The translations under genes and the position numbers were made by a program. Positions 44,701 to 60,130 of a stretch of 64,000 nucleotides of DNA are shown piece after piece. Origin of the DNA: Phallusia mammillata. Its lineage: Eukaryota. The stretch covers positions 20,770,001 to 20,834,000 of the forward strand of contig OZ281497.1 in assembly GCA_965637545.1 (NCBI GenBank), read 5' to 3'. Within the stretch, counting starts at the first letter, position 1. Every line of letters begins with the position of its first letter. The notes under the pieces are model-generated. The model worked only from the letters and a program-made list of their open reading frames with translations, was not told where the DNA came from and ran no database searches.

Positions 44701-47700
44701 AGGGCCACTCATGTAGTCGGATTTTGGGTTCCCTTTAACTACATTGCAATTACCTCCGAATGGAATGTGGTTCATATTTTATCGTGTGAGCAAAAAGCGT
44801 CAGTAAACTCCCCCCATATTGTCCTATTTTTCGTGTTACGTTCAGCGTTTTGTGTTAAGCGACGTGGCTTTATATTAGTGTCGTGTTGTCGCCTGTTATA
44901 ATTCAAAAATGGCATTCTGCTCTTTTGAAAGAGCAAGCTAGTTTTATTTGTTACAGCCACGTATATTGTCCACTGGCACCAGAAAATGTTGACAGTCCGA
45001 ATCTGGACAAAGAATCGGCACGTCACAGTGACGTCATGTACATTCGTCACGTAGGGTGTCAATATCAATTTCAGGCGCTGTTGTATAGAGGTGGTCCATG
45101 TTTTCGGTGCGATACAAGCGGCTTCATGTTACGGGCGTGGACAGTGTCCTGTTAATCTCATCGACTCCTTGCCACTCAATTTGACACGCAAGCACTTGAG
45201 TTCTAGGCAAGATTTCTGTTGGTATCAGGAAATTTCTGGTTTTAGTTAAAGTTTGTAACGAACATAGAAAAATATAAAATTTGAGTTCTTGTCCATAGGA
45301 TGATGATGTATGCAAGCCTTTGCGTTTCTTTTCCGCTTTTTTATGGGTATATGTTCCTTTGTGTTCTATACGTTCTTTGTGCAATTTTATGCTACAAAAG
45401 TGTAAATCGCATCACGGAAAAATGCACGTTTGTGCCTATATTTTAATTCACCACAATCTTATTAAGCTGCAACTGACAGCTAATTTTTTTACACAAAGTT
45501 TCATTTTGTTCCGGGCACAAATTAATTCAATGTAATTTCCGGTCTATGTGGCACACATTTGCTCCACACTATCTGATAATGCACAGTCACCTTCCAGCAC
45601 GTCAATCAAATTAATAAATGATATTACTGTATGCTTATTGGCGGCTACCGCTCACGTGGTTAGACGTATTGGCCGTTAAGGTCCACCAAGGTATGCTATT
45701 AGTGAAACCAATGGACACGTATTTTTGCATAAGTGTCTGCAAATGAGCTCGTTTACATTCCTACATTATTGAAAGTTTGTATTGTGTGCATTCTGATGTG
45801 GCTTAGGTGAATCATATTGAATGAGAGATTTACTTTTTACGTAAAGCGCTCCCGTTGTAATAGGAGCACAAAGCAAACACGTTTTGCAGAGAATAGGAAA
45901 ACCAACTAACCGTTTGGATAAAACGTACATGCATGTAAATTTTTACGAACACATGAAATTTCAAAGCTTATAAAAAAAGTTTTCTGTGGCCAACGTTCCG
46001 ATACTTGATCAAAGTCAAATTTTAAACCCAATGAATTACACTGTATAATAACGTTTATATATTACACATAAATTCAAGCATTATGGCATAGATCAAACCC
46101 CAAAAGGCCATAACCTAGTCGTTTAAAAAACCGCAGTTATGACCGCCATATATGGCCCAACCCAAACACACATTTCGTTTTGGTTGAAATCCTTTTAATG
46201 CCTTTTTATCCTAATCCCACACAAGGTGATTTTGTGGGCTTCCTGTCTGGTGAGCACCAATTTCATTCATTTTCGGTTGGGCCAAGTCCATGACCTTCCG
46301 TCCATTCCCTTCAATTTTACGGCAATTGTTTCACCATCAAGGCGGCGCCATGGCGCGTTGAAGTCGATTTTAGGTGAAGGTTTTGTTTTATCAGCGTGAT
46401 TTGCGATTTGTTGCGCCTATCACGATGGAAAATCGCTTTTTCTCGACGCGAATGGCTGGGTTTACGGCCGGTTTTGTTGTAATTGTGTTTGGAATACTCA
46501 ATCGCCCGTAAAAAACAGACTGTTTTCGTCAGACCAAAAACTTTTGTCATTTGGCCAGTTTCAAATTTCCACAATCTTATTTGCAAAATAGTTTTACTGG
46601 AAAGTTTTTGTACAGATTTGGGAGTGTGTGACAAAAAAACTATGTGGGAAAACATTTTCTTATTTAATTACTGTTTTGTATTCTTGTTGTGGACAATACT
46701 CATGACTGTAATGTATAACAGGCTTCACAAGCTTAGCTGAATATTTATTGTCAAATCTCTAACTAGCAGAAACCGCTAATCTTCTAAGGGAGCAATGGTT
46801 TAGTTCGTTTACGGTACCCAGCAAACCCGAGTTGATCCGAATAGTTAACGAGGCACGATTTAAAGAAGCGGATACATTTGATCTTTTGTCAGATGAAAGG
46901 GTTTGGCATCATGGAAACGACCTACTTCACACGTTAGACAGCGAAACTTCCTGATTATGTTACCGGCGACGCCTCGAACCGATATCAAACATTATATTGG
47001 CGTTTTGAATACCTTTCCCGTCCTACACCAACGGGTGTTTTAGAAAAACTGAACCAAGCCCTTCTAGTATCTGAATTGTTTAGGTTATTTGGGTCCCATT
47101 TTGTGCTGGGTTTTCTTCTAAATAGAAACCGAAATAATTACTAAATCAAAAGAGAGCAGCATTTTTGGGCAATTATAATAAGAGCAGTATCTGTCCGAAA
47201 TTGTTTGTCTCTCCAGTTTAGTTATATTACATCTACAAATCAACATTGTCAGCACTTTATTCTAACAAAAGTTCAGTTTGAACAATTTGTCACGAGGTTT
47301 TTATTTTCTTCCCTGCTCTTGTGTAAATATCAAATTGAGAATGTCATATTCTTAAATAGTAATGATTCAGACCAGGCAAAAACTTTTATGGGAAATTGTC
47401 CGTTCGAGTTCGTCCCCAGTCGTCTGTGAAGTCCGGATTTGGGAGGTGCTACTGATCCATTTCGTTCCATCATAACCCGTTACTTAGTCGCTACGGTAAT
47501 TGGCAATTCAACCAGCCATCCAGTGAGTCAGTATTAAAGAATCTTAATGGCTTGTGTGGTTGGTTTATTGTTTTTCTTAGGTCACCCGATACGCCTGTCT
47601 AAGGTATATTTTGTTCAATGCTTTTCATGTCAATTGTTTGGTGCTTTGTTTTTGTGCATTTTTGTTGTGTGTACTGCTATATAAACCGCCTTTTGAACAA

Positions 47701-50700
47701 TTTCACGATCAGTGAAAACAGATGTCAAAGATCTGATTAATTTTACACAGGCTTTAGTAAATTCTTCTTTAAACAGTTGAGAAAACCAAGTACAAAAAAC
47801 AGTTTAAAAAGGTTAAGCTGGAAAACTCGACTCGAGTTGTTTAGGCATGTATGTAGTGATTTTTTGCATAATATATATTTGGATAAGTTTTGAATCCACC
47901 CTAAGACATAGAAACCCGACATTCTTTTGTATTTTTACGGGTCCGTTTCTTTAAAAAAAAAAAAAAAAACAGCACCCTGCTGCTCTCCGTGTCTCATATA
48001 GTGTTGAAGCAAAGAGTCAATACAAGCTGAACAAAGAGTTGGATTCGATCGCACGAAACCCTTGCGTTTCTTATCACCCCATTTATCACTGACATCTCAC
48101 CTAGAATGTTAATGACAGGTTCAGGCAACGACAAGTGGTTTTTGGTCCGACGATTTTCGCACGCACCTCACGCACGTTAGCGCTGACGTCTGTGTTTTGC
48201 GTCGAAATTAATTATTTCACGTCACAGTGACAAGGTACTCAAGTATGTTTTGTGTTGGGCGGTTTATCATCTTGTTTTCAGGATGATCTTATGGTGTGAG
48301 AATTGTACCAAGTACATTCTTGTATTTTTTCAGTAGCATTTTTACATGTTGTTCAACATATGTTTAGTGATGTTCTTACGAACACCTATACCTTGTGTAT
48401 GTTTGCGAAAACACGCCATAGCTGTAATGATCAGTACCAAAATGACATTTTCCGAAACGTTTGAGCAAACACGTATTTCAAAGATCATCAAAATTTACAG
48501 CAAATTTGTCATTGGCAGCTACAACAAATAACATGGTCACGTAAGTCAATGAGGTGTTTTGTTTTGGGTGTGCAACCAATCTGAGTGTGCAAATGTTAGT
48601 GACACTAACTCCTTGCACACACCCACGCTTAAATGTTCTGTTTTCCAACCCAATAACCGTGCAAACCGTTTTTACCTTGCGTTGTGGATACGTGTGACTG
48701 GCAGTGGTGTTGCAAACCACAACACGCAAAGGTGTCGCTATTTGGTAAACATACCGGTAACATGATACAAGATGTAACGCACGGGGATGAGCGACTCTCA
48801 TGCATTCTCAACAGATACAAGAAGGCGATCGTACAAAAGTTGTTGTCTTCAGAAACGCTTCGAGTGTTTCGTCACGAGATTTTAGGCTTGTGCAGCTGTT
48901 CAATTGCATGGTTGCGCATTTTGTTGTTGTCAGTTAAAATGTTTGGCTCGCCGTGACTTGGTGCTATTTAGGGTTATTAGCTGAAATCAAGAGATGTTTT
49001 GCACATGCGTAGGGGTTAGAATTAGAAACTACGCAATGAGTAGCTTAGCCTAGGTGCGTGACTGATGTGTAGTAGGCCAATGGGCTACTATAGGTCTTGT
49101 TTTGGCATATTGCTGCAATCGTCACCCTCTGTTAGGTTTATAAAAACGGCGGTTTGGTGACAAATAAACTTTGCCGGATAGACAGAGAGGAGCAACTGGG
49201 CTCGTAACCTTTCCACGCGTGTTGATATGTACAACAAAAAAAACTATATTCTTATGATGTATTTTGTAAATAGTTTCACAAGCAACATGGTGTTGTATAT
49301 ACTAAGTCAATACCTTGTTTAGCTGTGCAAAACAGTTTAAAAAGAAACAAAATACAACAAAAACCTGTTTGCAAACAGCTGTTGTGTATAAATGTGTCAA
49401 ATTCCTCTTAATCCCAAACGCCTTGACACCGTCTAAAATGCTCAGTCGGTACGCGCTGGGGCTTAAGGTGGGATTTAATGGACTTAAATTCGTTTTTGAT
49501 CCAACGCAAGATCCAGCACGAATCGGAAAACGGTCTTTACATTTCTTACTCGAGTAATGTTTTTGTAGTTGTTTGATCACGATAAGATGCGTTGCTGGAT
49601 TCAGACATGTGCTGGCTACTTTGAGACTAAATCAAGTGATGATATGGTGTTTATAACCACTGGGTAAACAAATATAGTGCAAGATCATAAAAGTCTCAGT
49701 TTCGTTCTCTTTACTACATATATTTTGCAACAGAGAAAACTTTTCCTGGTGATTTGTTTTACTCAAAAATGGCATAAAACCGTTTTTGCTTAAATTGTCA
49801 TGGGCTATTTTGATTTATGCCAATTTGCCAGATTGTTCAAAATAAATCTTGATATCAAAGGACAATAGATTTCGTTCTTCACGGTCCTCGAAAGATAAAA
49901 ACCAAACAAACCTTCCTACCCTTGTGTAGCAGTCCAAACGGTTTTTTAATTTTTACACTGTATCGTATAGTAGCTTCGGCAACATAACGTAACTCTATAT
50001 CCAAGCAATCTATCACGTTTACGTTACTAAGCCGTCTCAGTGCTTTGAAGTGCCGACCAAAAACGGGGCGGGTTTTCGTCAAGTTGCACCCCCTGAAAGC
50101 GGATGTCAAAGGCCTGTAGCGCATATTTTATGTGAACCTGACGCCAAAATCGCCACTCGGCCTCCCAGAATCAATTTACTTGTTGGCTCGGTCTGGAATC
50201 CGTGCCTTTGATGAGGGTTGGGATCTTGGCAGCACAGGGTGAGATGGTTACTTCTGACAGGTAGAGGGGAGTTCGTGATACCGGTGTGCTCAAAATTGGG
50301 GAAATGGACATAGATCGTTTAATGTCCGATTTGGCTCAACTTGCAACAGAAAACTATATTGTAAAATTTTAAACTAAAAAAATTGTGCTAATATCATAGG
50401 GCTCGTTATTTTTTAGCATTTTTTATGCTACTTTGTCGTTTTGATGTCCTGTATAGGGGTTCTACTGTTTGGGTTCAAAAAGATTATAACGTGTTTGCCT
50501 GGTGTGTATTGAATTTCTAACCAGGCGTATGCATTGCTGCATCAGTAACTTAGTTTGTATCCAGGTGAGAATAGCGGTGGTTTGTCCTAAAAATTGTTTC
50601 GGGGTCAAAACCTAGTCTTGGTTGTCGACTTAAACAAACTCATTTGTGGTTAATTAGTACCGCATGTTTGAAAACATACTGGCCAGCCAGCGCTTCAAGC

Positions 50701-53700
50701 TAACTTAATCCGGCGTTTAAAGCCTCGTTTAAGTGATTTTCCACTACTCCGCTTCAAGCTTGTTCTATTTTTAGATTCTGAGGTCAAGGCGAGCAACCTG
50801 ACGTAGGAATGCGTAAGGACAATTAGGGCGGCTATTTTGCTTGATGTGCGATGGTACCATCCTTAATATTAGTAGTTAACCACAGTGCAGGTGGCCCTGA
50901 GTGACCCACGCCGATTAACGGTGGCCTTTGCTGGAGTGAAAAGTCGTTTTCGAGCCTAATTGATATTTTACCGATAAATTATCACTTCTCAGTGTTGGAT
51001 TTCCGTTGTTTAATACAGACCTGTTACTATGACGTTTTGACGTAAGATTGTTTTTAATAACCGACGGAATCCATTTTGAACGCCGTTCGTTGCTTGCAAA
51101 TGGCACATGAATCATGTGCTAGCGTGTGTGTTTGTTTTTATGGTTAAATATTCTACATGAAGAAAGCTGTAGTATTATAAAGAAGTAATAAAACTCGCCC
51201 GCCGTAGTCCAAATCATGCCAATAATGCCACTTGTAGTGAAAAAATGTACCCGTTTCACATATTGGTCAAAAATAGTGCTACATGAAACAAGATACCAAT
51301 ATGAACGTAAAAATACCATCCTCGAAATATCTTGCTTCTACGTCAGCCGCCATGTCGTGTAACTTGATCCAACCAGACGAGTCGCTTATATAACAACATA
51401 CACACACCTTTACAGTATCGTTCGTCATTGGCTAAAACGGGGGCAATTATCGAGTCGTCCTTTTGGGCACCCCGCGTACGAATGTCACGCGCCAAAAAAT
51501 CGTGACCAGAACCTTGGGAAAGTTCTCACTGGCTCTGTGAACTTGGAGGAATTCCAAGCCCCGTGAAAGTCGCACCTCGCCATGTTTGGCCTCATTCTTT
51601 GACGGCGAAAACGCGAGAAGTGACAATTACTCGGTTTCCGTTCGCATCGAATCATAGCTTGGACGCTATGATCGGATTCCCTCGTTCGACACGGGCCGTA
51701 CCATTGTACCAAGCTTGTTAATCCCCTCTTAGGTTGCCGCGTGGACAAGTGCTGTGCCTTCGCAAATAGCTATAGAGACCGAAATAGTTAATCAGTTTTG
51801 CGAACCGGTTCCGGCTACAAAATAATTGCAGGTTGCCTAAGCTTGTGGCTGAGATTGCTAGGCGCGCTGAAGCAGGATGTGAAACGAGGGAAATACGAGG
51901 TGCAATTCCGCTGGTGGTGAGATGTGTCTGAAGTGCACCGCTGTCGAGAAATAATATAAATCTGTGGTGTGCAGATAATTTTGTGTCATCTTTAATCGGC
52001 CTCTTTTGCCTGGTTATTAAAAATCAGTGATCTGATTAAATTAGGTACATCGTATATTTCACGATCTTTTAAGATGAGACTTGTGGGGTATTTGGAATCA
52101 GATAGAACAGATTTCAAATTGAACCCAAACTCCGCATGGTTTGATAATGACAGTTTTCAAAAAAATCTTAGCCCAACGTCAGTTCATGTGTGGTGATGAT
52201 CAAATTTAGTTTGGTTTGGTAAAATACCACGTTAGCTAAATTTTAGGCAACCGTTGTTTTCTGTGTGGCTTTTCAGATAATCACGTTCTTCGAAAGTTGT
52301 TTTATGATCAGCAAAGCGGCTTATATTTGCTTGTTTCTGTTCCGACTAGCTGACGTAGGAAACACTAAAATACAACCCGATGACTGCTTCGAAACCAATG
52401 TCTGTCAATCAGTTTGACTTATTTGAAATGCAAAAGAAACAATTGTTGGTTTTCGCACAAACAGATCCACATTGTTCTAACTTTATGAATTATTGCTGCA
52501 ACGTTTTGCTAGGGTTAAAAATTGCCTGTTCATTCAAACGCCTGCCTTGCAAAACAAATAGCTACCGTCAATCAAACGCAGGGCATCGTGCAGAAGCTCT
52601 CGAAGGTAGTTTCGGCTCGACTGAACACCGCTGTCTCCGGTTAATGGCCGAACTGTTTGTACTGAAACAAATTACAAACCATATCGCCCGAGTTGTCCTG
52701 TAACTTGACTCGCCTCCACTCGCCCCTGCATCTGTGGTCCCACAATGCCCGATTCCCGCGGATTGGGATGATGACGAAGATCTCGATGACGCGCCCGCAG
52801 GTTGACGTCATAATGTAATTACACTGTCACTGGGTTGATGTCAAAATATGTTATTGTGTCGTATTATTTGGGAAGAGTTGTTGTCGTGAGACATGAGAGC
52901 ACGGATGTTTTTTATGTGTGACCATAATAAACTACGAGTAAAACCAACCAAAGTAACACCTTTACCCTCCGACGGCACTTGTGTTTCGCTGCGTCAAAAC
53001 AGAGGTCTTCTGTTTTAAAGACAAAAATATATATGGCATTCTATATTAAAGATAACATTCAGGGCACTGCTGAACTTTCTTCGACTTCCACTTTATTCCT
53101 GAACTTTCTTGAACTGTTGTAAGTTTCGGGGTGATAGCTACGACCCAGCGAGCAAAGAGGCTTGTCAAATCCGCTTAACGGCGGATGACCCACCAGTTAA
53201 TCTCGTCATGTTGTTTTTGCTAAAGCAAAAAGAGGAAATTTCCTCTTTGTACATTAGTGTAGTTACCCTATCATAAACATTTTGCTTGGAAAGGAGCGGT
53301 TTTATTGTTTCATATGTTATTTTTGTTTTGTTGAAATATGGGTGCAAGCGGTGCCATAAACGCATGTTGTTCCTGATATTTCGGGAACATCATATTTCTG
53401 TCCTTGAAAGTAAGAAAACTGATTGTTGGTGTTTCTTTTTTTGTCATAGAACGCAGTGAGTAGCTTGACGTGTGGCGATCCAATCAGCGCGTTTATAAAA
53501 CAAGTCTCGGAACAGACTTTTACCGCTTTTAAACCAAAGACCCACTTACAGCGGGGTTTTGCGGAAAATTTGTCGAGGAAACTCTAATGCCCCGGAACAA
53601 TAACTGCCAGTTGTAATACAACAGTAAACACTGTTCGCAGTTGGTGTTCGTAAAGGTCAGGCGCCCATAAAAGGACTGTGTTGCAAAATCTACTTGTCTC

Positions 53701-56700
53701 CTATCGTGGAAATCTTTATGATTTAAAATGGTTGTTAAGTATTATAATATATGTCATGACAAGTTCGATCACACATGATTGAAAACTGTTTGACCCAATA
53801 TGTGTTTCTGTATGGTAACATTGATTGCATGATAATCTGTGGATGAAAGAGTCTTCTTCACGTATTGTGTAAAGTGTCTTATCCGTTTTCGAGCAGCCGT
53901 CAATCCTTTTATTGTTATTCAAGAGCACTCCACTTCAACCGAAAGACTATATTAGGGCTGCAGAACAAGTCATTGACTTGTAGTTGAACTCACAAAGCAA
54001 CGGCCCTGATTCAATTAAACTGCGAACTACAGAAGCAAGTTGTATGTTCGGTTAATTTTCGTGCGAATGCGTCGGGTTTGGTGTGTCTGGTCTTGCATCC
54101 TTATATGGGATGTGCAACTACATCGTCAGTGTTTCACCTCTAAACCTGCTTGGCACGCGAAATAGCATTTACCCCTGCTAGACTGCTAACCTATACTTCT
54201 GTGCAAGAATATTTATTTTAGGCATACTTCTCGTGAGCTGTTTTAGCAGTTATTCGGTTGGCCGAAAACATTTGAACCTAATATTTTCTGTTGGTAATTT
54301 TTCAGTTCCGGCAGGGAACTGTTTTCAAAATTCCGAAAAAAGAAATATTTTAGGCTTAAAAAACGACCAATAAATGTCATACAAATAATATAAAACACAA
54401 TTGCTTCTTAAACAGCCATTAGGACGAACTTTTTAAGGTTGGTCAGACTCGCCTGATATTTTGGCTTCTTGGTCGAACATTCAGTTTTGACCCGATACTT
54501 TTAGGGCAAGGTCAGTGCATAGCTATTTATGCGCGGCATGACTGAATTAGAAAATATTGTGGGTTTAAACCATCCTCTATGTTAACGATATGTTTTTGTA
54601 GTTAAGGCGTTGTTAATCCATGCACGGGAACGACCAATTTACAAGGGACGCGGTGGTTTGTGAAAAACAACACCAACATTCGTAACCTTCTTGATGGGGT
54701 TCCCTCGTGTTGGGCAACATTTTCTGGCAAACCCATTCGTTTTCGTTGCTCAGGTAGTTAGATGGGGGTCACCTGCAATTGTTTAGCTTCCCGCCTGCAA
54801 TATTTAACTATTCCTGTTGCCAAAATGTACCGAACCTACTTGTTTAGTAATTATCCCTCCCTAACTGTCTGTTGCTGTTTTAGATATAATGGGTCTTGAA
54901 TGTCAAAAAATAAAAACAGAAATGATATATTTGTCACATTCAACTTAAAGAGAAATACTTAATTAAACAATGATGTCTTTCATTTCAATTTAGTTTGCAC
55001 GATTTTAAAATCAATCACAAATACAGGCTCATTTTAATGTTAGTGATAGTTGTAATATTCGTATGTTTTTGACGTTTTTAAATTGTACTAACTGTGAATT
55101 TACTGTAAGCTGTTCCATAAACTGTCCGAATTTTTACTTTTTTGAAAATGCGCAGTGAAATGTTACACAAGGATTTGTTCACATACTCTCAATTTAATAT
55201 TGAAAATTGCTGAAAACAATACGATAATGAATGTGACCTTACTTAATGGCAACCCCTACAAGCCCAACAAGATGGATGTTCATCAATTACCGTGCTGGCA
55301 TTATCAGTATACACCCACGTGGAGCATATTTGCGGGCAACAGTTAGGCCCAACTATAATACTTGCGGTTCGGCTGGTCTCTTGGCGTTCCTTGCCTCTTA
55401 GCGTCGGTTGTGGTTTGACCCTCCTTTTCACCGGCATTTGCTTTTCGGGATTTTTCTGTCGTTTAAAGTCTGGGGCTAAACAGAGGTTTATTTGACTTGG
55501 CTAAGTGCAAATCTTCTGTGTGGGAGTTTGCGCCTGCTATATTCGGAGTTAGTTTACATGACAGTCTGTCGGCACTGAAAGTTGTAGGTGCACCTTCAGT
55601 TTTAAAAGAAGCACAGTGCTCACAAAGCTACATGTTTGCGATTTAAATGCCTTTGTTTAGATGTCGACTATTAACCAAAAATAAGTTTCTTTGTGTTTAA
55701 ACAAAGGCACACAGCTTGTGAATTACTTTTCGTGTGTTTTGACACTGTTTTCAGTTGTAATGTTAAAACCGCGTTTTACTGGAGCATAATTGTCGGACTC
55801 ATATTTGTTTCTTTGTTTGGGCGCTGACGACAGGTCCCCGATGAAATGCCACATCAGAAACCAGCAATTATGATTATTAGCAGATGACGAATCACCATCC
55901 TGTGCTAATTGCTCTTTACGACCCGTCGTTCCTTTTTCATCAGATCTGCGCCTTTGTGACTGTCGTTTAGGCGTACGTCATAAAATGATCGCAACCGCCC
56001 CCTTAGAAGTCCTTGTATGGCCCTATAGTGTGTGACGTGACTTTTGAACGGCAACCGGTCTTCGTGCGATGTCCGGGCCTCTGCAGTTGTAAATCATTGG
56101 TTTCATTTCCGATGTTTGTCAGGCGTACGTAGCGTTGTTGACATTGAACATGCAAATGTTGGATGTGTTTACCTGGTGGTAAACCATTTCTAATGTATGA
56201 TAGTCGCATGTAAAGTGGTATGGCCTGTTGAGAAGCATTACATAGTGCATGGTCTTGTAAGAATCCACAAGAAAAACAAACGTTTATAAACAGCCGTGTA
56301 GATGTGAAAAACGTTCATATTGTTATTGCTCCATATTTGCAAAACCAAATCGAGTGCCATTCCTCAAAACCTAAATTCATCGTGTAAATCATTAAAGATG
56401 AATTGAACACGATTTTACGCTTACCGTATTCGGCAACAGACATTTTTTACCAGCTTCACCAGATGTGACGTCAAAATCCGCGAAAACCGACGGTAAAATC
56501 CAACAAAAAATTCCAACGGGATAGGCGTGCACAGGTCAAGCACTCGGTTCGTACAATTAACTCCGCTACCACCTACCACGAATCCTTAGTGAAAGTGCGT
56601 GTATTTTAATGTGTGACATTAAATGACCAGGCAGTCCCATTGTGAAGGAGATTGCATTGTTCTTCACTTCACTTGTGGGAAATTGTTCGGCTCAATAATT

Positions 56701-56874
56701 TGTTGTTAATTGCAACCATGACATTGATGAGCACGTCACCTCTTGAATTTTGCTCATTTTTTTTTTTTTTTTTTTTTTTGTGTGGACATAAACATCGGTT
56801 ACCTTACGTAAACACTTGAAATTAACCACAGACCGGCAAAAGCCAGTTATTTTACAGCATAAAAACACGCTTTA

Positions 56875-56995
56875 AGGCCCGTTTACACTGAGCGTACCGT
56901 AGCGAAGCGAAGTTGGGCGAAGTTGAGCGAACCTTTCGCTACAATGGATTTCAATGGGACTGTTTACACTGAGCTCGTCCAGTGTAAACGGGCCT
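56875..56995. mobile_element. PIF/Harbinger (Tourist-like) MITE, 121 bp
   Basis: Perfect 16-bp TIR AGGCCCGTTTACACTG/CAGTGTAAACGGGCCT; 3-bp TSD TTA. Confidence 0.9.
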
Positions 56996-59900
56996 TTAGT
57001 CTGTTGTTTACGTTAGTTGGCTTCGTAGAGGCATTACTTTATATTTGGTTTTTACCATGTTAATAACTTTAAAAAAAAGTCTTCAAAAAGTCCCTGTTAA
57101 ATACGAATCAAATTATTCGACAAACTTTATGCTTGTATACACCCATAGTCCCATTTGTTGAGATAAACAAGAAAACCCCATTTTTGTATCTTCTTTTAAG
57201 GTTAAAAATCAATGAGTGGCTTGTTTAAAACGAAAGTCTATATGTGGGTATACTTTTTGTCCAATTTTGTAAACATTTGTTTTCTACTGAAACTTGCAAC
57301 AAAATGTTTACGAATAAAAGTTCGCCAAAGTACATTAAAATTCAACGAATTTCATCCACACGGAGTGCAAACACAACAAGTAGTTTCTGCAAGAGCGACA
57401 AGAAGTCGACCTGCATAAGCTTTGTCACAGCAACAAACAAGTCCTTGTTATCGCGGCCGAAGGCGTTTCCCTGCCTTCAAACATCAACGTCGCATCTATC
57501 AAGCTATTTTCTCCATGCCGGCTTATAAGGAAAAGCGGCTTGATGCCTCACACAGATGAACATTCTTGTATTTTCGCCGAAAGCACGAGATTATCCAAAA
57601 GATCGAGAAAACATTTCAAAAAATAGCTTCCAGATCCGTTCAGGATTCCGAAGAGATGATAAAATACTTTTTTCAACACAGAATTTACATTTACACTGTG
57701 CTGTGTCACCTCGTGCCACCACAGGCAATGAGATGTCCTGGATATTGTCATATTTTTGGGTTAGTTTTAGAATCGAAAGTGGTCTTTACTTCACTTTCAC
57801 AGTCGTTAGGCGATTGTCGGTACTTCGGAGGCTGCAATTACTGAGAGATTCCGGAGATTTCTCCAAGTGATCACAATGTGTGTTCTGGACTTTTGCCCCA
57901 TCCATTTAGCCAATTGAACGTGTGTGGGCTAAGTGGAATAGGGTGCTAAACTATAATGAGTATTCATAATCGCTGTAAGGGTGTTGGTTGTGTTTGTCTG
58001 TTATAAATTCGAAAATGAAACGTTTTTGCATTTTTTGTGTTGTTGGGAACCTGACGCAAGGTATTGTCCCTGTATTTAGCACAATCCAACTATGAGAATT
58101 ATCGGTAACTAGCAACTAGCAAGTAACGACGTTGATTTAATTTCTCGGGCCAGTCAGGTATTGACGAGGAATGTCGGCGAATTGTCGTGGGATCTTAACT
58201 TGAACTTCATATATCACACGGTGTGAAAGTTTCGCCTTTACGTAAGCGCAAAACCCGGTCTGCAAATCGCGAATGCCCAACCCATATGACGACATACGTT
58301 GGGTTTGTATCCATCACTAATAACACACAGTAGTGTTTGCGACATGCCAATTTGGATTCAAGCCGCTGGCAACGGAATTTTCCCTCTGTGTGTCTATTTC
58401 TGGCCCCTATTCTTTGCTCCATGGATTCGTTACACTTGGCGTATGGAATTGACTGGTGTTTGTGATCGGTGTCGTGAAACCTGTTGTTTGGTCAACCCAT
58501 TGGCACGCCACACACAATAATACCTTGACAGTAGGTATTTGGAATATGCCCTATACGCGCGCTAAAGTGTACACGCCCACCACACGTATAGAGAATGGTG
58601 CTGATTCTTCCGGATGGGTAATAATTTTCTGTAACAAACTCTCCGTGTTGATGAATATAAGCACTGTTTAAATCGGTACGAGTGGATTTAACGAATATTT
58701 ATGTGACAGCTTCAATAGGGTAATTAAAGAAGTTTTGACAAATTTTGCTAATGGTTACTTCTTTGTGGGGGAAATTTAATAAACGTTTCCGCAAAAGCCA
58801 AGCATTCACCAGCAATTAAACAATAAAACGACGAAGATATGGCCAAATTCTGCAGGGAAGGTGTATTAACTTTCAATATTCAACGTGGGTTATCGACAAA
58901 TCAAAAATGACGTCTACCATGTTGCTCCTGATATTAAACCGTGTAATTTGTGTGGCTTAAAGTTGAAAAATACTCCATAATGTACGCAGTCTGTTTTGAG
59001 ACACTGGAGATAAAAAATTAGCAACTAATGCGCAAAATATGTGGAAGTATTTCCTGATTCACAGCGCTTATTCCAAAATCTCTTGCTATGGGACAATGTC
59101 TTGTATTTAATTACATATGTCTTGGATTTGTCAGCAATTGTCGGATGTCGTTGCATCCCGCGATGTCGCTGAATGTGGTTGCGTTGGCGTTGATACTTAA
59201 AAGGAGGTGCAGGTAGACGATTTTGCGGTCATAAAGAGGTATTTTTGTGTCTGTTCTATGTAAAATACACGACTTTGCCATTTTAATGTACTTTTTAGTC
59301 GCAAAGTAGTTAGATATTTCCCATACTTTCGCCTGCGCTTTGGGAGAATTCAGAATTGCGGACATAAACGCACTGTTGATGAAGAAGTTGATCTTGCAAA
59401 GATTTTTAGGATGTCACTGCTGTTCTCTGTCTTCTGGTTGTCATTTAATAACAAGTTTGATTTTGTAGGTTTTGGTTTTAAAGATTTCGTTTGAAAACTA
59501 TTTGAAGTGCTTCTGTTTAGACTTCATTTCAACAAATCATTTCAGATAAAACAAAATCTAATTTAACATCACAAAAACAAATGTAAAAATATCAAGCCTT
59601 TGATGCTGAATAAACAAACGCCGCAGAGGTGTGTTTACAATGTCACTGTGTTTTTGTCCTTCAATTTACATCGCACATAACGCACCGTGGCAATCTTCAC
59701 TTCATCAGCCGATTGAAATCTCGTTACTGCTTCCACCCATTTCTTGGCGATGGACCATCAGACACTTCTCGGACCATGAGGTTCTATTTTCGTCCCACTA
59801 TCTCACTTTCCTATTTTGTCAGTCTCACCAATGGCGATTGAATCGCGGCAGGATGCTTAGGCGGGAATTAACGAAGTCGATCCATTGTCTTTTGCCAGCT

Positions 59901-60130
59901 TCACTCCCAATCTCGAGTGGACCGTTCTTCAGCTTAAGGTTGGGCAGCCTCGAAAATACTCGTTAACTCCGCTTCCTGCAGATGCCCCATTCACGATCGG
60001 GCATTTCCCTTTGCATAGTTAAGGTTGGAGTGCTTTGTGCCTGCGTCATCATTACAACGCTGTTTTATTACTCTAAATATGAAAACTTGTAGATCAAACA
60101 AAGTGTTTAGTTAACTTTCATTTTTGCTCC

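Noticed and set aside
55820-55850. CTGACGA...GAAA hammerhead-like motif
   Set aside because: No stem II pairing or NUH cleavage context
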